64,000 bases of DNA, from sequence record PP496439.1; one strand, written 5' to 3'. Positions 10,084-18,254 of this stretch are shown here, one piece after another (the stretch's first letter is position 1; each line of letters begins with the position of its first letter). The notes beneath the pieces were generated by a model. That model had not been told where the DNA came from and ran no database searches. It was given only the letters and a program-made list of their open reading frames with translations. A program made the position numbers and the translations under genes.

Positions 10084-11295
10084 ATGATCAAATTCGTGGA
10101 GATATCCGCACCTAGTTCGGACTTCGCCAAGACCCTCAAGAAAGGCATACGGGTCGTGGTTAACATGGGATCTACGAAGGAACCGTCCTATTGGATGGCG
10201 ACTGTAGCAAAGAACAATGCAGCGAAGGGCACCGTCAACCTGAACTTCGATGATGGAGACGTGGCCGAGTACAAAGCTATCAAGTCCAAGGTGGGTATTG
10301 TCGGGATCGGAGTTGCCAAAGTCCGCAAGACTGAAATCCCATTGTCTCAGGTTGGCAAGTGGCTTACTAGTGAGGAAACTACATCACCGTCCTCCTACCT
10401 GTCTGACCCTGTCCAGAAGTTTTTAGCTAAGTGGGTAGACTCCTTTGATAAGGACGGGGCCAATCCTTCAAATAAGAAATACTTGTTAAAGACAATGAAG
10501 GACTTATTACCTAGCATACCCGAAGAGTATAGAAAACATACGGGTATCCTTTTCCGAGGGGTTAGGCTACCAGTAGAAGCTGTAACTTCTATCCTCGCGG
10601 GTTCTCGACTAAAATTTAAAGATGAGTTCATTTCGTATTCCTCCGATAGAGATGCTGCTGTAAAATTTGCGGCCTACGTAGACTATGATAAAGGAAAAGA
10701 ACAAATAGGGATAGTAATAAAAGAGGATAGTAACTCTGTTGCGGTTAATATCTTTGAGGTATGGGATAACATCTCGTCAAAGTACAAAGATATACATTCT
10801 CAATCATTTGTAGATGAGGAAAAAGAAGTAGTACTTCAAAACTTCAACCTGGGACTAGCTACTTCACAGATTGATATGCTACTTATATCTAAAGGTAAAA
10901 TAAAATCATTAGGGAAGCAGGAGCCTCCCGGCTGGAATAAGTTTCTTAAATCAAGTGGAATACTTAAAGACATATATTGCATTCCCAACACTAAAGATAA
11001 TATTAAGGGTGTACAAGAAGTCCTTAGTTTGAACACGACAACTCTTATGAATCCGCAGAAGATGTCGGCTATACTAACCAAACTAGGATTTCCTAAATCT
11101 AACGGGGAAACATTTAGGACGGTGTACCTTCCTGACCTAGAGCTTTCTATAAAAGCGTCTATGGTTCCTCAAGGAATACTGTTCGAGACTGGTAAGGGCT
11201 GGCGATTTGCCAAGTTTGAGTATAAACAGGTAGGGATAGCAGAGGATGAAGCATCCGCTATCAATTTATTTAATATGATAGTCAAACAAAGATAA
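10084..11295 (+). CDS. Chimeric protein: N-terminal Tudor-like phage module plus R-S-E class ADP-ribosyltransferase domain
   Basis: LFRG, FISYSSDRDAA and EEKEVVL motifs; GC falls to about 30-38% in sampled lines after ~10420; N-terminus 68% identical (56/82 aa) to a segment of the next gene. Confidence 0.75.
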   Translation: MIKFVEISAPSSDFAKTLKKGIRVVVNMGSTKEPSYWMATVAKNNAAKGTVNLNFDDGDVAEYKAIKSKVGIVGIGVAKVRKTEIPLSQVGKWLTSEETTSPSSYLSDPVQKFLAKWVDSFDKDGANPSNKKYLLKTMKDLLPSIPEEYRKHTGILFRGVRLPVEAVTSILAGSRLKFKDEFISYSSDRDAAVKFAAYVDYDKGKEQIGIVIKEDSNSVAVNIFEVWDNISSKYKDIHSQSFVDEEKEVVLQNFNLGLATSQIDMLLISKGKIKSLGKQEPPGWNKFLKSSGILKDIYCIPNTKDNIKGVQEVLSLNTTTLMNPQKMSAILTKLGFPKSNGETFRTVYLPDLELSIKASMVPQGILFETGKGWRFAKFEYKQVGIAEDEASAINLFNMIVKQR

Positions 11296-11298
11296 TAG

Positions 11299-11328
11299 TT
11301 GCACGGGCTGTTTTGGGTGTGCTATAAT
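11299..11328 (+). promoter_or_regulatory. Sigma70-type early promoter (TTGCAC-18-TATAAT, extended -10)
   Basis: TTGCAC 11299-11304, TGC-TATAAT 11323-11328; near-duplicate of the promoter at 48888. Confidence 0.75.
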
Positions 11329-11381
11329 AGCACCATGGCACTATTCAAGCGCCGCCCACTGTCCCAATGAGGAAAGCAACC

Positions 11382-13034
11382 ATGGCCAGATTGACCCTAG
11401 CAACCGTTAACGCCGAGATCGCAAAGTCCGGTGGCAAAGAAACTCTGGTCAAGGGTAAGGCCTACTTCTACTGGATAGGTGGCCGTGCCGACGCCGATCC
11501 TCAAATCTGGACTTCCATTTACGTTGCTGCGCTAAACCAGATGACGCTGGCCCAGTGGCTGGAAGACTGGAAGCGCAATGACGACCAATACAACAAACCT
11601 ACTCCCGACAAGGAAACCCGCAAAATGGCTATCAGACACGTTCAGACCCTCGCAGCTCCTACTAAATCCGGTAAGACGGCATCTGCCAACCCAGCACTGG
11701 AAGCAGCCGAAGCTGAACTTAAAAAGGTTCAGAGCACCATTCAGGGTTTCAAAGCCCGTGGCCTGGTCCCTACTTCCCCGTGGGAAAGGAAACTCAAGGA
11801 CGCTAAGGCGGCTGTGTCCGCTGCCAAGAAAAAGAAGACCACTGCTGCTCCTGCACAGGAGACTGCTTCCCCGGCTACCGACTTCGCCAAGTCGTTGAAG
11901 AAGGGCGTTCGTGTACTGGTCAATCTCGGCAACACCAAAGAACCGTCCTACTTCCTCGGCGCCATCACCAAGAACAACGCCAGCAAGGGTTCGGTCAACG
12001 TGCTGTTTGACGACGGCGACGTTGCAGAGGTACGTGCGATCAAATCCAAGGTCGGCATCGTGGGCATCGCTATCGATAAGGTGCGCAAGTCGGAAGTTCC
12101 TGCTGCCCAGATCAGCAAGTGGCTGGCCGGTGCAACGCCAGCGACCAAGGTACCCGTAGAATTCATTCCGGTACCTACTCCGGTAGCTGAAATCCCCGAC
12201 GCAGGTCTGGAACAGGTTATTCAAGCCATACTCAAGCGTAGTGTATCGGGTGCCCTGTCAGTGGAGAAGACGCATAAAATGGACTTTACCAAAGAGGCCA
12301 TGCCTAAAGCTATGCGTACTAACTACCTGAGCGTAGCGAAAAAAGCAGGGGTGAAGACTGCTACCTTCGATAATAAATCCCAGAAGTGGGTACCAGATGG
12401 ACTTGCAACGGTTCCGGTTATCCCAAAAGCAGGTAAGTCCAAACCATTCAGCCCAGCGGAAGCCCGGAAGGTAATCGGTGCTATCCCCGGCTGGAAGGCA
12501 TCCAACGTGAAGAACAAAGCGTCGGCCACGTTCACCAAAGATTACCCGAACGGTGTAACTGCTACCGCATTGATCTTCCCGACTCACGTTACGTTCAATT
12601 ATCCTCAAGGTGAGAACGATCACGTCGGCGACTTGTCCAAGATCCCAGCCTATATCCAACAGATCGACGAGGATCAAGCCGCACCAGTAGAAGACGGCAA
12701 AGCACTGGATGATCTGGCCAAGGCATTGAAGGGCTGGCCGAACAAGGTCCTCCCACGGGATGCTGACGAAGACAACTTCCTGCTGCGCGGGTTTGAAGAT
12801 GATGACCTTCCGGCTGATGTGGAGCCAACCGCTGACGCCATCGAAGCACATGCAATCTCGATCTTCAAGAAGATGAAAAGTGTTGACAACTTCAAGAAGA
12901 GCAAGATGTACCACGGCGACAACACATACTCCTTCTCGGCTGGCGGCACCGTGGGCTACGTGTACTTCGATGAAGATGGCGTCGGCATGGTCCGGGCAAC
13001 CCCGTTCCAAGAGTCCACGCCGGGAAAGTCCTAA
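11382..13034 (+). CDS. Multidomain Lys/Ala-rich hypothetical protein containing the Tudor-like module
   Basis: GAGGA RBS supports ATG 11382; shared module at 11880-12125. Confidence 0.8.
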   Translation: MARLTLATVNAEIAKSGGKETLVKGKAYFYWIGGRADADPQIWTSIYVAALNQMTLAQWLEDWKRNDDQYNKPTPDKETRKMAIRHVQTLAAPTKSGKTASANPALEAAEAELKKVQSTIQGFKARGLVPTSPWERKLKDAKAAVSAAKKKKTTAAPAQETASPATDFAKSLKKGVRVLVNLGNTKEPSYFLGAITKNNASKGSVNVLFDDGDVAEVRAIKSKVGIVGIAIDKVRKSEVPAAQISKWLAGATPATKVPVEFIPVPTPVAEIPDAGLEQVIQAILKRSVSGALSVEKTHKMDFTKEAMPKAMRTNYLSVAKKAGVKTATFDNKSQKWVPDGLATVPVIPKAGKSKPFSPAEARKVIGAIPGWKASNVKNKASATFTKDYPNGVTATALIFPTHVTFNYPQGENDHVGDLSKIPAYIQQIDEDQAAPVEDGKALDDLAKALKGWPNKVLPRDADEDNFLLRGFEDDDLPADVEPTADAIEAHAISIFKKMKSVDNFKKSKMYHGDNTYSFSAGGTVGYVYFDEDGVGMVRATPFQESTPGKS

Positions 13035-13147
13035 GTCCCGCTAAGGGACAGACCCAAGACGAGCTGAAAGCTTTCTGTCGACAGATAGGGTTGTGGGTTT
13101 CCGGTTCTAGCGTAGCCCCTAGGAACTATCGTATCTACGACGGGGGT

Positions 13148-13339
13148 ATGGAAGGTAATAAGAAAGTGTTGGATGTAGTTCTGGGCGATGAGTTTATGGC
13201 TAACGCTGATGGATCAGGCAACAGTTATGATCGACTCCTCGATAAACTGAATGCCTTGAGCGACAAGAAGTTCATCGTCAGTCCTTGCGCTGGGGTGTAT
13301 GGAAACGTCGGTCAAGATCTGACCGGATTGTCCTACTGA
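13148..13339 (+). CDS. Small hypothetical protein (63 aa)
   Basis: GGGGG RBS-like run before ATG; protein-like composition; flanked by hairpin-rich sequence. Confidence 0.5.
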   Translation: MEGNKKVLDVVLGDEFMANADGSGNSYDRLLDKLNALSDKKFIVSPCAGVYGNVGQDLTGLSY

Positions 13340-13452
13340 GCCAGATACGGTAAATGATCCATGTATCGGAGGTACCGGGGCTAGATTCATAGCTGGTTCC
13401 GGGAGTCACCCTAAGAGGTGTAGGGTCAAAGGGTTTAACCCCCTTAGGTTTC

Positions 13453-13488
13453 GTCCGCGCTTTCCTTACCGATTGCGCGGACTTTTTT
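13453..13488 (+). terminator. Rho-independent terminator
   Basis: GTCCGCGC/GCGCGGAC stem plus T6. Confidence 0.8.
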
Positions 13489-13514
13489 ATCTGCAAAATA
13501 TATTCGAAAATAAA

Positions 13515-13544
13515 TTGTACACAATGATGCCCACGTGCTATACT
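13515..13544 (+). promoter_or_regulatory. Sigma70-type early promoter (TTGTAC-18-TATACT, TGn, AT-rich UP region)
   Basis: Direct inspection; GTGCTATA core shared with the promoters at 11299 and 48888. Confidence 0.65.
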
Positions 13545-13615
13545 GGAATCACGGGGGCGTGATGCCCCACCAATACCGGCCCGAACGGCCACCACTGTCC
13601 CAAGAGGAATGCACC

Positions 13616-13933
13616 ATGCCAGCGATGAAGCCTAAGACCACCCCAAGTGAACGCGACATCCAGATTGCGATCAGCCAACTGGAAAATTTGAAGCTGGTAG
13701 CGATGGGTGAGATGGATCCGGTATATCGCGATGATCTGCAGTCGTGGCTGGCCGACTGGTATCCAGACTTTTCGTGGAACCCTAACCAGTCAAGCGTTCA
13801 GATTCAAGCGATGGTTAGCCTTCCAGAGTTCGCTGACATCGAATTAAATCTTAACCGTCGGTATGATGTAGACTTCTACAAAGAGTTGGCTGACGGCGTA
13901 GCAGAGTCCTGTGACTATCCACTCTCGCGTTGA
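13616..13933 (+). CDS. Hypothetical early protein
   Basis: CACTGTCCCAAGAGGA leader/RBS before ATG 13616. Confidence 0.75.
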   Translation: MPAMKPKTTPSERDIQIAISQLENLKLVAMGEMDPVYRDDLQSWLADWYPDFSWNPNQSSVQIQAMVSLPEFADIELNLNRRYDVDFYKELADGVAESCDYPLSR

Positions 13934-13976
13934 CTCCCCGTTGTCCAATCAACCCTACCCCAAAGAGGAATGCACC

Positions 13977-14450
13977 ATGACTTTCAAGTACACTCCAGAC
14001 TTCGACGTTGCCAGCCGCACTTACCGTATCGAGTCTGACTTCGCTACCAAGGTGTTGACGTTCATTGAAACACTGTGGGGTCTGCCGGGCGCTGGTGGTA
14101 CGCCGATCATGGAACGCACCATCCAGATGTCCATGCAGAAGACCGAAAGCCACGAGATTCGTGTTACCAACTACTTCCAAGACAACACGCTGCTGAAGAC
14201 TGTCGTGGCCGTCCGTGCTTTCATGGACATGCGAGATGCGCCTAGCGCCGTGACCAATCACGTGTTCGTAGACGGGTTTGTCCCGAGCGAATCGTGGGGC
14301 TCAGACATCATGAGGACCTTCAACTCGATCATCATGGACGCCAACAAGTGGATGCGGGTAGCCGCTGAGATTGGTGTGGATCAGAGCATCCACTTGAATG
14401 AACTCCAGATGGACATGCAGGACAAGATGAACAAGGCCACTGGGCTCTGA
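13977..14450 (+). CDS. Hypothetical early protein
   Basis: CCCCAAAGAGGA RBS before ATG 13977. Confidence 0.75.
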   Translation: MTFKYTPDFDVASRTYRIESDFATKVLTFIETLWGLPGAGGTPIMERTIQMSMQKTESHEIRVTNYFQDNTLLKTVVAVRAFMDMRDAPSAVTNHVFVDGFVPSESWGSDIMRTFNSIIMDANKWMRVAAEIGVDQSIHLNELQMDMQDKMNKATGL

Positions 14451-14510
14451 TCCACAACCGGGACCGCAAGGTCCCACCCCAACTTCAATATCCCTAAGAG
14501 GAACGCAACA

Positions 14511-14996
14511 ATGAACAAGCACAATCTCGCAACTGGCTCCCTGATCCTTCTCGTCACCGGCTTTCTGATGGCAGGTGTTGTAACTCAAGCAAGCGCCGCA
14601 ATGATCGCTCCCCCGGTCCTCCAGACGAATGGTAATGGTCCGGCACCGTCCGCCAACTTCGCCCGCAACGAAGAGATGTTCTGCAAGAAGCTGGGCCGCG
14701 TGTCGTTCACCGCCGCACAGATGCGTGACGTGGACGCAACACCGGAAGAGACCACAGCTGCGGTAGACATGATGACTACCACGCTGCGCCCAGATACCCG
14801 TGAGATGATGCGCTCCGTGGTGTCGGCAGTGTACGGGGATGCGCAGAAGCTCAAGCCGGAAGAGATATCGCTGAATTTGTTCTCTAATTGTATGGGACGC
14901 GTTGATCCCGCAACCACGTACACCCAGAACGGACGCCCACCGGTACAGCAAGCACCGACAGCGGTTTCCACTACGCCCAGACCCATCACCCATTAA
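14511..14996 (+). CDS. Exported hypothetical protein (signal peptide, two Cys)
   Basis: GAGGA RBS; N-terminal hydrophobic segment ending QASA. Confidence 0.75.
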   Translation: MNKHNLATGSLILLVTGFLMAGVVTQASAAMIAPPVLQTNGNGPAPSANFARNEEMFCKKLGRVSFTAAQMRDVDATPEETTAAVDMMTTTLRPDTREMMRSVVSAVYGDAQKLKPEEISLNLFSNCMGRVDPATTYTQNGRPPVQQAPTAVSTTPRPITH

Positions 14997-15025
14997 CTCA
15001 CGCTGACCGCGTAAGGTAGACTACC

Positions 15026-15334
15026 GTGAAAGACAAAATCGCCCTCGTACTTTTTGCCGTGTATCTGATGTTCGTGCCAATCGCACAGGCCGCAGACACC
15101 AACGTCATCGGTACTGAATACGAAACGTGGGAGAAAGGTGTTGCCGCTTGCCTTCGCACTCAGGTGGTGGGTGGGTACGGATGCGACAACGGCAATGGCG
15201 TCAAGCTGTTCTCGCAGTTCGTGCAAGCGATTTTGGAGAGTAACGGGCGGGAAGCCTACAAGAGTAGAGTAGTCGCGCTGGACTATAGAGGTGATGGCGC
15301 GATTATCATCCACTACGTGTTCACTGGCAAGTAA
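15026..15334 (+). CDS. Small exported protein (signal peptide, Cys pair); probable paralog of 19487-19843
   Basis: AAGGT RBS, GTG start, AQA signal-peptidase-type site. Confidence 0.7.
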   Translation: MKDKIALVLFAVYLMFVPIAQAADTNVIGTEYETWEKGVAACLRTQVVGGYGCDNGNGVKLFSQFVQAILESNGREAYKSRVVALDYRGDGAIIIHYVFTGK

Positions 15335-15338
15335 CGTC

Positions 15339-15372
15339 AAGCCCGCCCGGATAGCCCCGAGGTGGGCTTTTT
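15339..15372 (+). terminator. Rho-independent terminator (near-duplicate at 30151-30180)
   Basis: AAGCCC...GGGCTT stem plus T run; both copies share GCCCGCCC..TAGCCCCGAGGTGGGCTTT. Confidence 0.75.
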
Positions 15373-15413
15373 CGTTTCCGGAGCACCATCGATGCTGGGA
15401 TATCGGCATCGCA

Positions 15414-15435
15414 CCGCCTGCGTGATCCTACGCGG
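15414..15435. repeat. 22-nt exact direct repeat, copy 1 (CCGCCTGCGTGATCCTACGCGG)
   Basis: Identical to 56359-56380. Confidence 0.85.
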
Positions 15436-15602
15436 TCGGGTACACTGCCAGTCGGGCACTGATCAACGTGGCTAAGGGCTAATTTAATCGGTAAATGATT
15501 GACAGTCCCACCAAGAACCATCCTACCTAAATGCATCTTGCAGGTAAGCACCGCCATTAATTCAAGGGGTCTGCGGCCCCACCGTTTCGGAGCACAAACA
15601 GA

Positions 15603-16781
15603 ATGACGAAGAAGATTGGTACAGCACTGGCCGTATTGGTGTGCATGTTGACACTACAAGGTCAGGCCCATGCCGACTACGACACCAAGGCTTGCAACGT
15701 GTCGTTCACGGAAGAGCAGGAACGAATACTGGGGACCGCCCATCAGGTAGGTTCCCCGGTCAACTTCGGAGTGACTCTCCAAGCCATTACATGGAAAGAG
15801 TCCTTTGTCGGGGACAAGGTAGTTCGCGCTAACCCAACCGACGGGCGTTACGGTTCTTATGGCATCACCCACGTGCAGCTCTCGACGGGCGCATGGATGC
15901 TTGACCAGAAGCCCACCAAACCATTCCGAACAGGTCTTCGTAACGATCTAGTCACCGACGACAGCTATGCGCTCCAGTTCGCTGCGGCCTATCTGGTGCA
16001 CACGGAAACCATCGCCAAGAAAATCACCCGTGACGGTAACCGCCAGTGGCGCGTCACAGTAGCATCTTACAACGGATCAGGTGCCCAAGCGCGCCGCTAC
16101 GTGGAAGACGTTGCCGACAAAGTATCCTACCTTAAATCATGTGGGTTGACCAAGACCATGAAACGAATCAGTACCCCTCTGGTTGCTTCCGATAGCACTG
16201 CCAAGAAGTCTGCCAAGCAGAAGCTGCGGGATCGACTTGCCGAGAAGCGAGCGGCCACATCCGTTGCTGAGACCAAATCCAAGCGCCCCAACACCAAGTC
16301 TCGCAAAGTGGCGGATGAGCCAGTTAAGGTGAAGCGTGCCCGTGACGTACTGGCCGACGCCGGGGCACTCCCGCGCAAGTCTCCGAAGTCAGTATTGCGT
16401 AACGCTGACCCTCTGACCAAAGAGTACATCCAGAAGAAGACGATGGACATCTACACCCGTGCACTCAAGCGCGCCAAAGGTGATCCTACCGTAATCGCAT
16501 GGGCCAAGGGGATGGCGGTCAAGCACATCAAAGATCCACTGGATCAACAATTCATGTTCTCAGTGCACACGCTGGCGGCATGCTGTGTTGCCGGTGGGCA
16601 GACGAAGTTTCAAGCCGATCTGGACTTCCTCAACTTGATGCTGGCAACCTATCTGAACCCGAGCGTGGCACTGGTGTTCAAGAACGGCAAGTTCGACGCC
16701 GCACTGGTCAGTAAGGAAGAAGCCGCCGAGCGCATGCACAACGAAGACGGCATCAGCGTCATCTACAGCGTTATCGTATAA
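15603..16781 (+). CDS. Exported lytic transglycosylase (SLT-like) fused via a Lys-rich linker to an unknown C-terminal domain
   Basis: Signal peptide; AITWKES (catalytic Glu), YGITHVQ, ASYNG motifs. Confidence 0.75.
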   Translation: MTKKIGTALAVLVCMLTLQGQAHADYDTKACNVSFTEEQERILGTAHQVGSPVNFGVTLQAITWKESFVGDKVVRANPTDGRYGSYGITHVQLSTGAWMLDQKPTKPFRTGLRNDLVTDDSYALQFAAAYLVHTETIAKKITRDGNRQWRVTVASYNGSGAQARRYVEDVADKVSYLKSCGLTKTMKRISTPLVASDSTAKKSAKQKLRDRLAEKRAATSVAETKSKRPNTKSRKVADEPVKVKRARDVLADAGALPRKSPKSVLRNADPLTKEYIQKKTMDIYTRALKRAKGDPTVIAWAKGMAVKHIKDPLDQQFMFSVHTLAACCVAGGQTKFQADLDFLNLMLATYLNPSVALVFKNGKFDAALVSKEEAAERMHNEDGISVIYSVIV

Positions 16782-16791
16782 GGAGAGCATC

Positions 16792-16962
16792 ATGGCAAGT
16801 TCCGCTAAGAAAGACAATTACCAAGACATTGACGTGGAACTTGCCATTCTCACCACGGTCAAGACGGTAACGACGGGGAAGCAGCTGACGGACAAAGTGC
16901 GAGAGGCGTTCCCTGACCTCTCTGCCGAACAACTCAAACGTTGCCTGAACAAGTTCTGCTGA
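16792..16962 (+). CDS. Small hypothetical protein (56 aa; absent from the ORF track)
   Basis: AGGAG RBS; MASSAKKDNYQDIDVELAIL...LKRCLNKFC fills the gap between neighbours. Confidence 0.7.
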   Translation: MASSAKKDNYQDIDVELAILTTVKTVTTGKQLTDKVREAFPDLSAEQLKRCLNKFC

Positions 16963-16971
16963 GAATATCCT

Positions 16972-17247
16972 ATGATGACCCCTATCCCTGCTAATCAGGT
17001 AACTGCACATTGCACGTGCAACCGTGACTGGATCTTCAGGCATACCAGCCACGCCCCAGATGGTGATCCGTTGGGCGGCAAGCTTACCTGCTACACGTGT
17101 GGGTTGACCACAAGGTTTGACTACTCCTTCCGGGAGTCAAGGCGTATAATATGGAAGCATGAGAGCCTTGGCAACGGTGTATGGCCGATACCTGATGATG
17201 TGTGGGTGGAATTGCAAAAGATGAATGCCCAGCGCGGGAAGAAGTAA
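16972..17247 (+). CDS. Small Zn-finger-like hypothetical protein
   Basis: HCTC...TCYTCG motifs. Confidence 0.6.
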   Translation: MMTPIPANQVTAHCTCNRDWIFRHTSHAPDGDPLGGKLTCYTCGLTTRFDYSFRESRRIIWKHESLGNGVWPIPDDVWVELQKMNAQRGKK

Positions 17248-17272
17248 CTACCCTAATCCGAGATACCCTACC

Positions 17273-18253
17273 ATGAAATACATCATCTTCGACGTGACGG
17301 TGAGCAAAGGGGTAAAGAAGAAGGTTCCTGTGATCTTCGATGAGTTCCTTGTGCACGCGGATGTCGCCCGTAAGCTTCAAGATGTATCCAAGCCGCTGAA
17401 GCTGCGCCCGGCCACGGCAGGCTTTATCGACTTCGATGTCAAGCAGACGTACGGGAAGTCTACGTCATTGGGTATCGGTATCGGTATCGATGATTGCGAG
17501 ATCATCGAGCGTATGTATCTCACCAAGGGATATCAGAGCCCGGAAATGGATGATTTGATATCCAGTCTGGTCAGCAAAGCGGAAGCGGTCGCCAGTAAGA
17601 TGGTAGGTAAGGTAGCCAACGACAACGGCCCGTTGATTTGCCCGGTGTGCACGCGCCCAGATAATCGTCCGCATGAAGGTTGGCACACTATCTACAACTG
17701 CCACTTCGACTGCATCGAAGGTTATGAAGCACTGGCGGAAGGCCAACCGCTCGCGCCACCAGCCAGCGTACCCAATCTCATGGCTGCCGCACGGCAAGCT
17801 CTTGACCAGTCCCGTGCGGCGAAGCAAGAGCCTACGCTGGCCCATGCGTTCACCCATACCTGCCAACTCCCCAGCGTGGTGCCGAACGTCCAGATGGACA
17901 CACGCACCGCCAAGCCGCTGCTATTCACATGCCAGCGAGCCGTCCAGGCGCTCGTTGCAGCGCGTCCGGCCAGCCCCCTATTCAAACGGGCGCACTGGCA
18001 CTCCAAACAAGCCCTGATGGCTTCACAGCGCTTCACACAAGCATACCTGTTCCATGCGTACCAGCTCGCGGCGATGTCGGCGTGGGAGGATAACGCGGAG
18101 AAGATCGAGTGCATGACCTTGATCAACTTGGTGCAGACCATGGACCCGCACAATGAATTACGTGACAAGGTTTTCACGGTAAATACTCAACATGGAACAG
18201 TGACTACTCACTCTCTATCCCAAGCTAAATCCTTTGCTAGCAGGCAGGTTTAA
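17273..18253 (+). CDS. Multidomain hypothetical protein with a central CPVC...H...CHFDC metal-binding motif
   Basis: ORF with phage-like codon usage; start chosen at MKYIIF. Confidence 0.7.
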   Translation: MKYIIFDVTVSKGVKKKVPVIFDEFLVHADVARKLQDVSKPLKLRPATAGFIDFDVKQTYGKSTSLGIGIGIDDCEIIERMYLTKGYQSPEMDDLISSLVSKAEAVASKMVGKVANDNGPLICPVCTRPDNRPHEGWHTIYNCHFDCIEGYEALAEGQPLAPPASVPNLMAAARQALDQSRAAKQEPTLAHAFTHTCQLPSVVPNVQMDTRTAKPLLFTCQRAVQALVAARPASPLFKRAHWHSKQALMASQRFTQAYLFHAYQLAAMSAWEDNAEKIECMTLINLVQTMDPHNELRDKVFTVNTQHGTVTTHSLSQAKSFASRQV

Positions 18254-18254
18254 A

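Noticed and set aside
13035-13488. Hammerhead ribozyme or tmRNA in the structured region
   Set aside because: No CUGAnGA plus GAAA core in the right junctions and no tmRNA acceptor/T-arm; kept only as unclassified structure.
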